From the NCBI GenBank assembly GCA_037444405.1, contig JBBIML010000016.1:1-64000 (forward strand): a DNA stretch of 64,000 bases. Direction: 5' to 3'. This document shows positions 1 through 9,526 of the stretch, one piece after another. This DNA is from Armatimonadota bacterium (GTDB taxonomy: Bacteria > Armatimonadota > Fimbriimonadia > Fimbriimonadales > GBS-DC). The notes below the pieces were generated by a model, which had not been told where the DNA came from, ran no database searches, and saw only the letters and a program-made list of their open reading frames with translations. The position numbers and the translations under genes were made by a program. Each line of letters starts with the position of its first letter. Positions within the stretch are counted from its first letter, which is position 1.

Positions 1-23
1 TGCATACCCCGCCTGCACAGACA

Positions 24-1028
24 TCAACGCCACACATAGAAGAAGGTCATCCGCCAGAAGAGCGCGTCTTTCGGCTTCGCGCCACCGCCGGGTGGGTTTG
101 CGTAGGTAACCCATTCCACATTCGGCACGAGATAGAGGTCTTTCTCCAGCTCGTAGATGACGCCAAAGTTATAAAAGCTGGGCCGTGCGTCAGGCGATAG
201 CACGAAGTAGCCAATCTTATCGGCGTCGGGCACAGGATTGTTCACCCAGTCGGCGCGAGCAAACAGTCGGGTGCGCTCGGCAACTTGGGTCTCCGCGTAG
301 ACCGAAAAGACCGCCAGGTCCTGCTGGTTCTGGCGATCCTGATGGGCATACTGGAATCCCAGTTTGGTGCGCTCGGTGCGGTAGACCAGCAGCCCCTGCA
401 CGGTGCGCCAGTCGCTATCGGCAGGCTGATCATACAGGTCGCCATAAAGCTCCAGCGTCCACTGCTCATTAAGCGGGTGTTGGAGCGAGAGATAGACCGC
501 TTTGCCGCGATTGGTCTCGGAGCGGGTATGACTGCCGTTGCCCACCATAAAGTAGAGTTGCGTTTTCCCGAACTGGGTTTTCAGTCCCACGCCGCTGTCG
601 CGCGAGTTGCCCATGCGCCATAAGTCAAGAGGCGTCTTCTCGATATGGCGGTAGCCCAGCAGCTGTTCCACGCTCTCCCAGGTGGGCGTCGGGAACAGCC
701 CCAGCAGATAGTTGATGCGCCCCACCGTGTACTGCACATAGGCGTCCTTGACAAACGGCTTCAGCGAGTCGGCGATTTTGAAGTCGCCAGGGCTGTTCAT
801 CTCGATGCGGAAGCGAATGGCGGTTCGGTCGGTTGGCTTCTGGTCGTAGGTGAAGTAGACGCGGCGGAACCAGAGTCCGCTCAACCCCTCGATGGAAGGG
901 TTATGGTGTCGAGAAACGAGGTAGTAATCGCCGAACGCATAGCCGGAAAGCTTACCACTTCCCTGCTGTGCCCCGCTGCTCGCCATCAGCGAGGCGGCTA
1001 CAATTCCCATCAGCATGAGCTGTTTCAT
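24..1028 (-). CDS. Putative outer-membrane beta-barrel porin (anion/phosphate-selective porin-like)
   Basis: Start reassigned to MKQLMLMGIV (ATG 1028, GGAGG upstream). Signal peptide, amphipathic beta strands and an aromatic C-terminus (FWRMTFFYVWR). Lies directly downstream of the molybdoenzyme operon. Confidence 0.6.
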   Translation of the reverse strand: MKQLMLMGIVAASLMASSGAQQGSGKLSGYAFGDYYLVSRHHNPSIEGLSGLWFRRVYFTYDQKPTDRTAIRFRIEMNSPGDFKIADSLKPFVKDAYVQYTVGRINYLLGLFPTPTWESVEQLLGYRHIEKTPLDLWRMGNSRDSGVGLKTQFGKTQLYFMVGNGSHTRSETNRGKAVYLSLQHPLNEQWTLELYGDLYDQPADSDWRTVQGLLVYRTERTKLGFQYAHQDRQNQQDLAVFSVYAETQVAERTRLFARADWVNNPVPDADKIGYFVLSPDARPSFYNFGVIYELEKDLYLVPNVEWVTYANPPGGGAKPKDALFWRMTFFYVWR

Positions 1029-1061
1029 CCCTGTATCCCTCCTGTGTTGCGCGAGTGTAAA

Positions 1062-1097
1062 AAACCCCGCTGGGGCATGCTGCCCCGACGGGGTTAG
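1062..1097 (-). terminator. Hairpin followed by a U-tract after the molybdoenzyme catalytic subunit gene
   Basis: On the minus strand the imperfect stem aaccccgtcggggca-gca-tgccccagcggggtt is followed by TTTT. Confidence 0.55.
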
Positions 1098-4000
1098 ACC
1101 TTTTCCAGCCTGACTCGGCTTTCGTAGAAGACCACACTGGCGCCCACCGGGTCGCTCAGCGCGCTGTTTTTCAGCACCGGATCGGTACGCATGGCGGCGT
1201 TGAGGTGCGAACCTCTGGCGCGTCGCGGGTCTGCAGGGATTCGTTCGCCGTCGATAAGAATCTCCTGCGCTCCATACGCCCAGTGCCCGAACCCCAGGGC
1301 GAAAGTCACCGTGCCAGGTCGGATACCCTCGATGATTTTGACAGGAAGAACCAGCGGCAGGCGTCGCCCGTTGCCCAGATCCCACTCGCCATCGGGATTG
1401 GACGCCGAGCGCACCCGCACATGGTCGCCGTCGCGCAGACCCAGCCGTTCAGCGTCGCGCCGATTAATCAGCAGAGCATTTTCGGGCAGGATGCTGGTCA
1501 GCCAGTAGTTGCTGATCGTGCGCGACTTGGTCATCGTGATTTCGCGATGGGTGATCAGGGTCAGGTCGTAGCCCTCGTCGTTAATCGGGTTGCCCATACA
1601 ATCGGTATAGGGCGGGAAGAAGCGCGGGATGCCGCTGAAAGGCTTGCCCGTCATCGCGCTGCGGGTGGTGGCGACCTTCTCGCTATAGAGGTTGACGAGC
1701 TTCCCGTAGCGGTTTTTGACCGTGCCGTCGGGCAGGTAGGCGTCTTCGTAGCCTTCAAAACGCCCGCCGCGGTTCAGCACATAGATGACCTTGCGCCACC
1801 ACGCCTCCCCGCAAGCGTTTTTCCAGCGGTCGGGGTCAAACACGCTTTTGGGCAGGTGGCGTCGCGCTTTGAGGAACAACTCCACCTCTTTGTCGTCGGC
1901 GTCCGGCACTTCCTGCCCCGGTTTATCGCCCGCCGCCACATTCGCCACCATCTTCAGGTAGAAATGGTCGGGGTGCGTGAAGTCCATTCCGGGCGCGAAG
2001 CCGTCCTTGCCGAAACCGGGCAACCCCAGTTTCTCGGCAATCGCCAGCAGCACTGCCTCCAGTGAGATGGGCATCTTCTGCCCGAACACTGTGACCGTTT
2101 CGGGAATCGGCGCAATCGCAGGCTGGCGGATGGGCTGTATCTTGTGCGCGAAGTTCGGGTGGCTTCCGTGGAACTCCCACCGCTCCAGATAGCTCAAGTC
2201 GGGGAAGATATAGTCGGCGTAGAGCGAGGTCTCGCCCACCGTGATGTCGATGGAGATAAACAGCGGGAGCTTCTCGGTGTCCATCAGGATAGGGATGAGC
2301 GCATGACCGCCCGGCAACGCATAGGCAGGCGTGCCCATGTAGAGCATCAGGCACTTCACCGGGTAGGGGTACTGGTCACCCGCGCTGGGGATAACTTCCT
2401 GGTAGATGTCGCTGGAGAGCGGATAGAAAGGTCGCTTCGCGGGGTAGCCTGTGAAGAGCGTCGTCTCCTCGTATTTCACATCGTGTCGGATGATGCTGAT
2501 GCCGAACGCGGTGAGTTTGCCCGGATGGAGTTCCTTGAACACGAACGGCTTACCCTCGATGGGTTTGCCGCCCTTATCGCCCGTGATGTTCCACTCAGTC
2601 TTTTTAATGAAGCCGCCCTGCCAGTCGTAGTTGCCAATCAACAGGTTCAGCGCGTTGAAGGCGAAGCAGTTATAGAAGCCGTTGGCGTGCTGGCTCACAC
2701 CGCGATGGATGTCCGCAACGGCGCGCTTGCCGTGCGAGGTGAACTCCCGCGCCACCGCGACAATATCGTCAGGGTTCAGCCCGCAAATCTGCGCCCACTC
2801 TTCAATCGTGTGTTCCGCCGACGACTCATAGAGCAGCTGCAGCGCGGACTTGACCCGAACAACTTTGCCATCAGTGGTGCGCAGAGTGGTGTCGACAAAG
2901 AGATCGCCCTCCACAGGGGTTTTCTCATCATTCGGGTCTACGGCAACGGGTTTCCCGTCTTTCAGCACGACGAAGAGTTCATAGTCGTACTCGTTGCCCT
3001 TCTCGTCGCGGCGTTTCTGGATGGGCGCGACACCAATCTCGTGCGCCCGCAGGAACTTGCCCGGCTGACCCTGTTCATCGATCACCACCAGCCATGTGGC
3101 GTTGCTCCATGTGGGTTCGCCATCGGCGCTGGCGGCGGCTTTATTCGCGTTCGCCAGGTAGCGGGCATCGTAGCGCTTGTTCTCGATAATCCAGCGGATC
3201 ATCGCCAGCGCAAGTGCGCCCTCGGTGCCCGGCTGGATAGGGAGCCACTTCCACGCCTTCGCAGCAGTTTTGGAGAGGCGCGGATCCGCCACCGCGATGC
3301 GCAGGCGTCCCTCCGCGATGTTCTGCGCCAGCCTCACGGAGCGCCCGGGCGGCCCGTAGTTGGCTTCAAACGGCGACGCGCCCACAAACAGGATGAACTC
3401 GGCGTTGCCCGTGTCCGCCTGCCAGTAGAATTTCTCCCCACCGGTCCACTTGACTTCGTGCGCTTTGGGGTCGTAGTCCCACTGCTCGCTCATCGCCTTG
3501 CCTGTGAAGTAAAGGCTCCCCTGACAGACAGTGGTGTGCCCGTGCGCGTTCACGGAGCCGAAGGCGTCCTGCACGAAACGGCGGATGAGGTGTTCGCGTC
3601 CGCCCTTCACGCGCCCCCAGTTGAATACGAGCTGGTTATTTTTGGGTCCCAGATCGGGGTGGTTGGGGTCAATCAGCGCGTCGAGATGGTCGCGATACTT
3701 CTGCTGGAAGGCGCGAATCGCCTCCTGAATCGCGCTTTCAGGCTTCTTGCCCTTGCGCACCTCCTTGATGACCTTCTTGAGCGCGGCGACATCATCCGCC
3801 ATCGACTTGGCGACTTTGGGGTCGCGCAGCGCCCATAGCTCGCGCAGTCCGGGCACATGGCGGTTCTCTTCACCGGGCACATGCTTGAAGAGTGTGCCCC
3901 CTTCCACAATCTCCTGAATCGCCTGCTCGAAGGGGATAGTAATCCACCTGTTCTCGCCGCGCTTGCCAGCACGCTTCAGCACCTTGCGCAGGCGGTAAGG

Positions 4001-4420
4001 GTCATAAACCGTCTGCAGTCCTGCCTGCCCTTTGGGGCAGAGCGCGCCATCTATCGCCGCGAGCATCGTGGGCGACGACTCGTAGGGCAGGTGGGGCCAA
4101 AGCGTCTGCGGGGCGAGCGGATTGCCATCCAGCTTCACTGCGACGCCATCCTGAACCTTGACCTTCAGACCGCAACCCGTGTTGCACTGTAGGCAGACCG
4201 AATAGATAATATTCTCCGGGTGAGCATATGGGTAGTCGCCCGACACCTGCAGTTGCTCTTCCATCCGTCTGTAAGAACAGCTGCCCAGCAACGCGGCGCC
4301 GCCTGCAAGCAGCCCCGCCTTCAGAAACTGACGCCGATCCAGCGCAACTTCCGGGTCGCCGTTTTTGTGTTCTCGCTGGAACCAGCGCTTGACCGCCTGC
4401 CATGCGTTCCGTTTAGCCAT
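1094..4420 (-). CDS. ttrA: Molybdopterin oxidoreductase catalytic subunit, tetrathionate reductase TtrA/SrdA-like, Tat lipoprotein
   Basis: Tat motif DRRQFLK, lipobox LGSC, FS0 motif CLQCNTGC...[19 protein letters not shown] (putative Cys Mo ligand) and a C-terminal molydopterin-binding domain. About 1108 aa. Substrate is uncertain. Confidence 0.8.
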   Translation of the reverse strand: MAKRNAWQAVKRWFQREHKNGDPEVALDRRQFLKAGLLAGGAALLGSCSYRRMEEQLQVSGDYPYAHPENIIYSVCLQCNTGCGLKVKVQDGVAVKLDGNPLAPQTLWPHLPYESSPTMLAAIDGALCPKGQAGLQTVYDPYRLRKVLKRAGKRGENRWITIPFEQAIQEIVEGGTLFKHVPGEENRHVPGLRELWALRDPKVAKSMADDVAALKKVIKEVRKGKKPESAIQEAIRAFQQKYRDHLDALIDPNHPDLGPKNNQLVFNWGRVKGGREHLIRRFVQDAFGSVNAHGHTTVCQGSLYFTGKAMSEQWDYDPKAHEVKWTGGEKFYWQADTGNAEFILFVGASPFEANYGPPGRSVRLAQNIAEGRLRIAVADPRLSKTAAKAWKWLPIQPGTEGALALAMIRWIIENKRYDARYLANANKAAASADGEPTWSNATWLVVIDEQGQPGKFLRAHEIGVAPIQKRRDEKGNEYDYELFVVLKDGKPVAVDPNDEKTPVEGDLFVDTTLRTTDGKVVRVKSALQLLYESSAEHTIEEWAQICGLNPDDIVAVAREFTSHGKRAVADIHRGVSQHANGFYNCFAFNALNLLIGNYDWQGGFIKKTEWNITGDKGGKPIEGKPFVFKELHPGKLTAFGISIIRHDVKYEETTLFTGYPAKRPFYPLSSDIYQEVIPSAGDQYPYPVKCLMLYMGTPAYALPGGHALIPILMDTEKLPLFISIDITVGETSLYADYIFPDLSYLERWEFHGSHPNFAHKIQPIRQPAIAPIPETVTVFGQKMPISLEAVLLAIAEKLGLPGFGKDGFAPGMDFTHPDHFYLKMVANVAAGDKPGQEVPDADDKEVELFLKARRHLPKSVFDPDRWKNACGEAWWRKVIYVLNRGGRFEGYEDAYLPDGTVKNRYGKLVNLYSEKVATTRSAMTGKPFSGIPRFFPPYTDCMGNPINDEGYDLTLITHREITMTKSRTISNYWLTSILPENALLINRRDAERLGLRDGDHVRVRSASNPDGEWDLGNGRRLPLVLPVKIIEGIRPGTVTFALGFGHWAYGAQEILIDGERIPADPRRARGSHLNAAMRTDPVLKNSALSDPVGASVVFYESRVRLEKV

Positions 4421-5720
4421 GCGAAACACCTCCTTCTGCCTTCTCAAGCCGTTCAGGGAACTCGTGGAACATCGGAAGGAACTGAAAGACGAGGCTGAAC
4501 ATCAGCACGACCAGCGCAATCGCGCCGATGCTGCTCGCCCACTCCCAGAGGCTGGGGAAATAGTGATACGCCCAGCGGGGCTGATTAATGATGTGTTCCA
4601 GCCCTTCCAGCATCGGCACCACATAGGCGGGGATAACCAGATTGAGACGCACCGCCACGATGCCAATCACCGCGCTCAAGCCGCCCACTCCCAGCCAGAA
4701 CACACTGTTGCGCGTACGGGGCAGAGTCGCCAGCAGAATCGGGATAATCGCCCCCACCAGCAACTGCCCAATCCAGAAGGTGTACGGGAACGGACCGAAC
4801 ATGATGGCATGATAGACCTTGATATGCTCAGGGATTTTGCCGTACAGCCCCACCAGAAACTCGGAGGCTAACAGCAACAGGTCCAGGCTGATGAACAGCA
4901 CCATCAGGTTCGCCATGCCGCGCGTGATGGCAAAATGCTCCTCATCCTTGCGCCCGAAGAAGGCGTACAGGAAGGTCATCAGCGCCGCGCCGCTTGCCAG
5001 CGCCGACACCAGAAAGATAATCGGGAACAGCCCCGTGTACCAGTAAGGCTTCGCCAGCACCACCGCGAAGATTGCGCCCGTGCCGCCATGCACCATAATC
5101 GCGACAGGGATGCCGATAATGCCCAGCGCCTTCACAAGGCGCAGGCTCTGGGTGTGGCAGCGCTGATACTCGCTTTCGGAAGTCGGGCATCGGAACCCGA
5201 AGGTGAGCAGCTGGTAGACGCGCTGGCGCCAGCCCTTGGTGCGCCGAGCCAGGTCCGCCAGATCGCACCGCATCAGCGCCCACAGTTCGATCGCCAGCGT
5301 CACAATATAGAACAAATACGCCAGCACCTCCCACGCCAGCACAGAAGTGTAGTTCCAGCGTGTGAACACCTTCCAGAAGCGCCACGGATGTCCCAGGTCA
5401 ATCCACACAAAAATCATGCCAGCGACCAGCGCGAACAGCGCCGATAGCAGCGCCATCCGCCCCACCTTCTCGTACTGATGCATGCCGAACACATAAATCA
5501 GCGTGGAGAGCAGGAACGAGCCTGCCGACAGCCCGATAAAGTAGATGTAAAACGCAACCCACATGCCCCACGCCATCGGGCTGCTCAACGCCGTGACGCG
5601 CATCCCCTCCACCAGTCGCACGCCTATCGCTATCAGCCCGATCAACGAGAGCGCCGCCAGCGTCCCATAATAAAGGGCGCGCGTCCGACCAGATATCCTT
5701 AAAGCCACACTGTATGCCAT
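4413..5720 (-). CDS. NrfD/PsrC-family membrane quinol dehydrogenase subunit
   Basis: WGMWVAFYIYFIGLSAG, DLGHPWRF and HGGTGAIF motifs, about 9-10 TM helices. Start set at MAYSVALR after a GGAGG RBS. Confidence 0.9.
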   Translation of the reverse strand: MAYSVALRISGRTRALYYGTLAALSLIGLIAIGVRLVEGMRVTALSSPMAWGMWVAFYIYFIGLSAGSFLLSTLIYVFGMHQYEKVGRMALLSALFALVAGMIFVWIDLGHPWRFWKVFTRWNYTSVLAWEVLAYLFYIVTLAIELWALMRCDLADLARRTKGWRQRVYQLLTFGFRCPTSESEYQRCHTQSLRLVKALGIIGIPVAIMVHGGTGAIFAVVLAKPYWYTGLFPIIFLVSALASGAALMTFLYAFFGRKDEEHFAITRGMANLMVLFISLDLLLLASEFLVGLYGKIPEHIKVYHAIMFGPFPYTFWIGQLLVGAIIPILLATLPRTRNSVFWLGVGGLSAVIGIVAVRLNLVIPAYVVPMLEGLEHIINQPRWAYHYFPSLWEWASSIGAIALVVLMFSLVFQFLPMFHEFPERLEKAEGGVSHG

Positions 5721-5742
5721 TTTGCCACCTCCATCCGTCAGG

Positions 5743-6843
5743 CTAAACCAGATAGTAAACGCGCGGTTCCGTGCCCAAATCCTCCTTGAGCCGCATGATG
5801 TTCGGCTTGGCAATCAGCTCGGCGACGAGGCTCTGCGGGTCGTTCGCATCGCCGAAGAAGGTCGCACGCCCGATGCACGAGGTCACGCACTGGGGCAGCA
5901 GCCCTTTCTCGATGCGGTGCAGGCAGAAATGGCATTTGCGCGCGTTGCCCACAGGCGAGCGCGTGCCCTTGCGCTCCCAGAAGCGTCCATATTCAGGACT
6001 GGGCACAGTGTCGTACTCGGCAAGATGAGGCGTGCCGTCGCTATGATGCTCTCCGAAATCGAACGAACGCGCCGCGTAAGGGCACGCGGTGATGCAGTAG
6101 CGACACCCAATGCACGCCTCATAATCAATCACCACGATACCGTCGGGGCGTTTCCAGGTGGCATGTACAGGGCAAACGGGCACGCAGGGCGGGTTATCAC
6201 AGTGTAGACATGGGCGCGGCAGAAAACGGCGCGTTACATGGGGATATTCGCCGATTTCCTCCTCAATCACGGGGCGATAGACCACACCGGGTGGCAGCTT
6301 GTTCTCGGCGATGCAGGCAATCGTGCAGGCGTGGCACCCGACGCACTTGCGCAGGTCAATCACCATCACCCAGCGACGCTCGTGTATCGGCTTCTGGAGC
6401 GCGCGTTGCAAATCGCGCATCATCCGGATCAGCACATCCTCGTTCGGTTGCGGTGGCGGCAGCTCAGGCAGTTTGATGTTCCCCTCCACAGATTGCTGGG
6501 CGTCGCCGTGCCTACGGGAAAGAAACGCCAGCATCAGCCCTGCAAACAGCGCCTGCGCCATCCGCATCAACGCCTCACGCCGACTTACTAACCGCACAGG
6601 AGCCGTATGACCTTTCACCCGCTGAATGCGCAAACGCCACTGCTCACCCTGACGCTCCGCGCTCAACAGCTTGAAATGACGGCTCTGACACCAGTTGTGA
6701 GCGCGCACATCGGCGTCGGGAAAATCACAGAGCAGTTCGAGGGTTTCACCGGGTTGCAGCGGGCTTGTCTGTTCGGTCAGCCACTGCTCCAGTGCGTCCT
6801 GCGGCTCAACCGCCGCGCTCGCCGACTGTTTCCTTGCCTCCAT
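5743..6843 (-). CDS. 4Fe-4S dicluster subunit (TtrB/NrfC-like) with an N-terminal TusA/SirA-like domain and an internal Tat signal
   Basis: Four Cys groups ([41 protein letters not shown]...PQCVTSC). SRREALM followed by a hydrophobic helix. N-terminal [14 protein letters not shown]...WC...WRLRIQR. Confidence 0.85.
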   Translation of the reverse strand: MEARKQSASAAVEPQDALEQWLTEQTSPLQPGETLELLCDFPDADVRAHNWCQSRHFKLLSAERQGEQWRLRIQRVKGHTAPVRLVSRREALMRMAQALFAGLMLAFLSRRHGDAQQSVEGNIKLPELPPPQPNEDVLIRMMRDLQRALQKPIHERRWVMVIDLRKCVGCHACTIACIAENKLPPGVVYRPVIEEEIGEYPHVTRRFLPRPCLHCDNPPCVPVCPVHATWKRPDGIVVIDYEACIGCRYCITACPYAARSFDFGEHHSDGTPHLAEYDTVPSPEYGRFWERKGTRSPVGNARKCHFCLHRIEKGLLPQCVTSCIGRATFFGDANDPQSLVAELIAKPNIMRLKEDLGTEPRVYYLV

Positions 6844-6937
6844 CTCACTCCCTCCGCAAAATGCTTCTGCCTCCTTCCATGACTTCCTGCACCTCATCTC
6901 TCCATGATACAGTGGGTCTTCTTGACCAACCAACTCT

Positions 6938-6992
6938 ACTATACCCAATGGATGACAAAAAAGTCAAGGGGTGGGGAGGGTGTTCAGGAAAT
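6938..6992 (-). promoter_or_regulatory. Sigma70-type promoter for the ttr-like operon
   Basis: Minus strand TTGACT-18 bp-TATAGT, preceded by GAACACCCTCCC. Confidence 0.7.
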
Positions 6993-7013
6993 CATCTCTT
7001 GCGAGCCGCTTGA

Positions 7014-7121
7014 GCAGGGCGCGGGTACGGGCGCGGTTCCCGCGCCCGTACTTGACGCGGGTAGCAGGGCGCGGTTCCCGCACCCCTACTTGACGCGTAC
7101 GGGCGCAGCGACCGCGCCCTG
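7014..7121. repeat. Cluster of REP-like palindromes
   Basis: gtacgggcgcgg-ttc-ccgcgcccgtac (7025-7051) plus two degenerate copies separated by cttgacgcg. Confidence 0.7.
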
Positions 7122-7175
7122 TTTTCGAACACCCACCCCGCTACCTTGACTTTTTTGTTATCCATCGGGTATAGT
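7121..7175 (+). promoter_or_regulatory. Sigma70-type promoter for the hemerythrin-DUF2249 gene
   Basis: TTGACT-18 bp-TATAGT. 7144-7175 matches the reverse complement of 6938-6969 at 30 of 32 positions. Confidence 0.7.
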
Positions 7176-7236
7176 GGTGGTGATGATAGGGGAGAGGGGC
7201 TAATCCCTATGATGACGGCTAAGGAGGCGCGCTACG

Positions 7237-8043
7237 ATGAAATCGGTGGAAATGTTGATGCATGAGCACCGCGTCATTGAGCATGGCTTGGCGGGGCTGG
7301 AAACCATCGCTGACCACCTTGCGCGGGGCGAGTCCGTTCCGACGGACAAGGTGACAGCATTGCTGGATTTCTTCCGTGTGTTTGCTGACGAATGCCATCA
7401 CGCCAAAGAGGAAGAAGCGTTTTTCCCCGAATTAGAAGCGAGGGGCATCCCCCGCGAAGGTGGTCCCATCGGCGTGATGCTGCACGAACATGAAGAAGGG
7501 CAAGCCTTGCAGCAGCAGATGCGCCAAGCCTTAAGCGACCTTTCGGATGCAACAAAGCGCCAGCAGTTTGTGGATGCTGCCCGTAACTACATTGCTTTGT
7601 TGCGCCAACACATCTGGAAGGAGGATAATGTGCTCTTTCAGATGGCGCAACAAGTCTTGACGGATGCCGATGATGTGAAGTTGGTGGAGCGCTTTGAACG
7701 CCACGAACAGGAACAATTAGGTGAAGGCGTCCACGAGCGTTACCATCAGCTCGTCCACGAACTGGAAGCCGAGTTTTTGTCGCACGCAAGCGGGTCACGC
7801 GCCGACGCCCATGAAGACGAGAAAGTATTGGATGTCCGCAACATTCTTCCTCGCGAGCGCCACCCGCTCATCTTCCAGACCTTTGAAGCGCTGAAACCTG
7901 GCGAAAGTTTTATCTTGGTCAACGACCATGACCCCAAGCCCCTTTATTACGAGTTCCACTACGAGCGTCAAGGGCAGTTCACCTGGGAGTATCTGGAGCA
8001 AGGTCCCGAGGTCTGGCGGGTACGGATCGGGAGAGTCAGGTGA
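7237..8043 (+). CDS. Hemerythrin-like (HHE) domain protein with C-terminal DUF2249 domain
   Basis: EH..I, HHAKEE, HEHEEG and HIWKED ligands. C-terminus LDVRNILPRERHPLIF...VNDHDPKPL...GPEVWRVRI. Confidence 0.85.
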   Translation: MKSVEMLMHEHRVIEHGLAGLETIADHLARGESVPTDKVTALLDFFRVFADECHHAKEEEAFFPELEARGIPREGGPIGVMLHEHEEGQALQQQMRQALSDLSDATKRQQFVDAARNYIALLRQHIWKEDNVLFQMAQQVLTDADDVKLVERFERHEQEQLGEGVHERYHQLVHELEAEFLSHASGSRADAHEDEKVLDVRNILPRERHPLIFQTFEALKPGESFILVNDHDPKPLYYEFHYERQGQFTWEYLEQGPEVWRVRIGRVR

Positions 8044-8105
8044 AAGAGAGGGTTTCTTACTTGTTTTGTGGAGTCATCTGGCACACCTTGTAGGAGGTAA
8101 AGCCT

Positions 8106-8441
8106 ACGCACGAGCTCGGTCAAATCCTGTCGACGCTGGCGCACAAGCGACCCATTTTTCACTCAGAAGCCGATTTCCAGCATGCCCTCGCCTGCAAAAT
8201 CGAGCGACAGCTGCCCGATGTTCGGGTGCGCTGCGGCATGCCCATCCCGCTCAGTAATCGCAGGAACCGTGTTTTTATTGACATCTACGCTGTCCACGAA
8301 GGCTCGATACTGACAATTGAACTGAAATATACGACACCAGGAACGGGTTCGCCTGCCCTGTATAACAGCAATTTCTCGAACACCCTCCCACCCCCCCTTG
8401 ACTTTCCAGAACGCTGTGGGGTATTATATCCACTGAACTGA
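8106..8441 (+). pseudogene. Truncated PD-(D/E)XK-like nuclease remnant with the start codon mutated to ACG
   Basis: AGGAGG RBS at 8092, then ACG. Frame reads THELGQILSTLAHKRPIFHSEADFQHALA...IDIYAV...TIELKYTT and then runs into the moa promoter. Confidence 0.5.
8371..8427 (+). promoter_or_regulatory. Sigma70-type promoter for the Moco operon
   Basis: TTGACT (8398)-18 bp-TATTAT (8422), preceded by GAACACCCTCCC as in the two ttr/hemerythrin promoters. Confidence 0.6.
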
Positions 8442-8524
8442 AAAAGTCTAATGGGATTCAAATGGAAGCGCATGCAGGAGTTTCGGTGTCGCAGCAGAAC
8501 AGACAGAGAGCGAGGGCATGCACC

Positions 8525-9523
8525 ATGCCACTTCAGGATCGGTTCGGGCGCGTTATTGAGTACCTGCGGGTCTCGGTAACAGAGCGCTGTAATATGCGCT
8601 GTGTCTACTGCGTCGCGCCTGAAGACAGGGGCTACGAGCCGCGCGAGTATCTGCTGAGCTTCGAGGAGATTGCCACCGTCGTGCGTGCGCTGGCGCCCCA
8701 CGGGCTGCGGCGCGTGCGCATCACTGGAGGCGAGCCGCTGGTGCGCCCAAATGTGCCCGAACTGGTCGGCATGCTGGCGCAGATTGAGGGCATCACCGAC
8801 CTGTCGCTCAGCACAAACGCCATCCTGCTGCCCCGCTATGCCGACGCACTCAAACGCAACGGGTTGAAACGGGTCAACATCTCGCTGGACACCTTGCAAC
8901 CGCAGAAATTCCACACGATTTCGCCTGCTGGACGCTGGGAAGCGGTCTGGGAGGGCATCCAGACTGCGCTCGCCGTCGGGTTGAACCCCGTGAAGATTAA
9001 CTGCGTGCTGATGAAAGGCGTCAACGACGACGAGATTCTGGACTTCGCCCAGCTCACCTTGCAATATCCCCTGCATGTGCGGTTTATTGAGCTGATGCCG
9101 ATTGGTAATCTGGCGTTTTATAGGGCGGGGCACATGTTGCCAATCGGCGAGGCGAAGGCACGATGCGCCCAGCTGGGCGAGCTGATGCCTGTGATGCATG
9201 GCGAGGGGGTGGGCGGCGGTCCTGCGGAGGTCTATCGCCTGCCAGGTGCGCAGGGCACGCTCGGCTTCATCGGCGCATGCACGGCGAACTTCTGCCATCG
9301 GTGCAACCGCATGCGCCTCAGCGCCGACGGCTATCTCTATCCCTGTCTGGGGCACGGCGTGCGCGTGGATTTGAAGCCCGCTTTGCGACAATCGCCCGCT
9401 CATCGTGAGGCTGCCATCCTGGAGGCGGTACATCACGCGCTCAGCCGCAAGCCGCAGGGACACCAGTTCCTCGCGCTGATGTCCCACCCCGCCTTCCGCA
9501 CGCTACGGGCAATCGGAGGCTAA
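8525..9523 (+). CDS. moaA: GTP 3',8-cyclase
   Basis: LRVSVTERCNMRCVYC radical SAM motif, GGEP, FCHRCNRMRL...C and a C-terminal IGG. An upstream start at 8462 is possible. Confidence 0.95.
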   Translation: MPLQDRFGRVIEYLRVSVTERCNMRCVYCVAPEDRGYEPREYLLSFEEIATVVRALAPHGLRRVRITGGEPLVRPNVPELVGMLAQIEGITDLSLSTNAILLPRYADALKRNGLKRVNISLDTLQPQKFHTISPAGRWEAVWEGIQTALAVGLNPVKINCVLMKGVNDDEILDFAQLTLQYPLHVRFIELMPIGNLAFYRAGHMLPIGEAKARCAQLGELMPVMHGEGVGGGPAEVYRLPGAQGTLGFIGACTANFCHRCNRMRLSADGYLYPCLGHGVRVDLKPALRQSPAHREAAILEAVHHALSRKPQGHQFLALMSHPAFRTLRAIGG

Positions 9524-9526
9524 GCC

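Noticed and set aside
2144..3838. Long antisense ORFs (also 32734-34188, 35691-37283, 42958-44133 and others)
   Set aside because: Shadow ORFs of high-GC genes on the opposite strand, with no recognisable motifs.
8078..8095. Sigma54 -24/-12 promoter at TGGCAC (also near 60275)
   Set aside because: No TTGC at the required spacing.
8430..8524. Moco/Wco riboswitch upstream of moaA
   Set aside because: No convincing conserved stems recognised by eye; an Infernal/Rfam scan would be needed.
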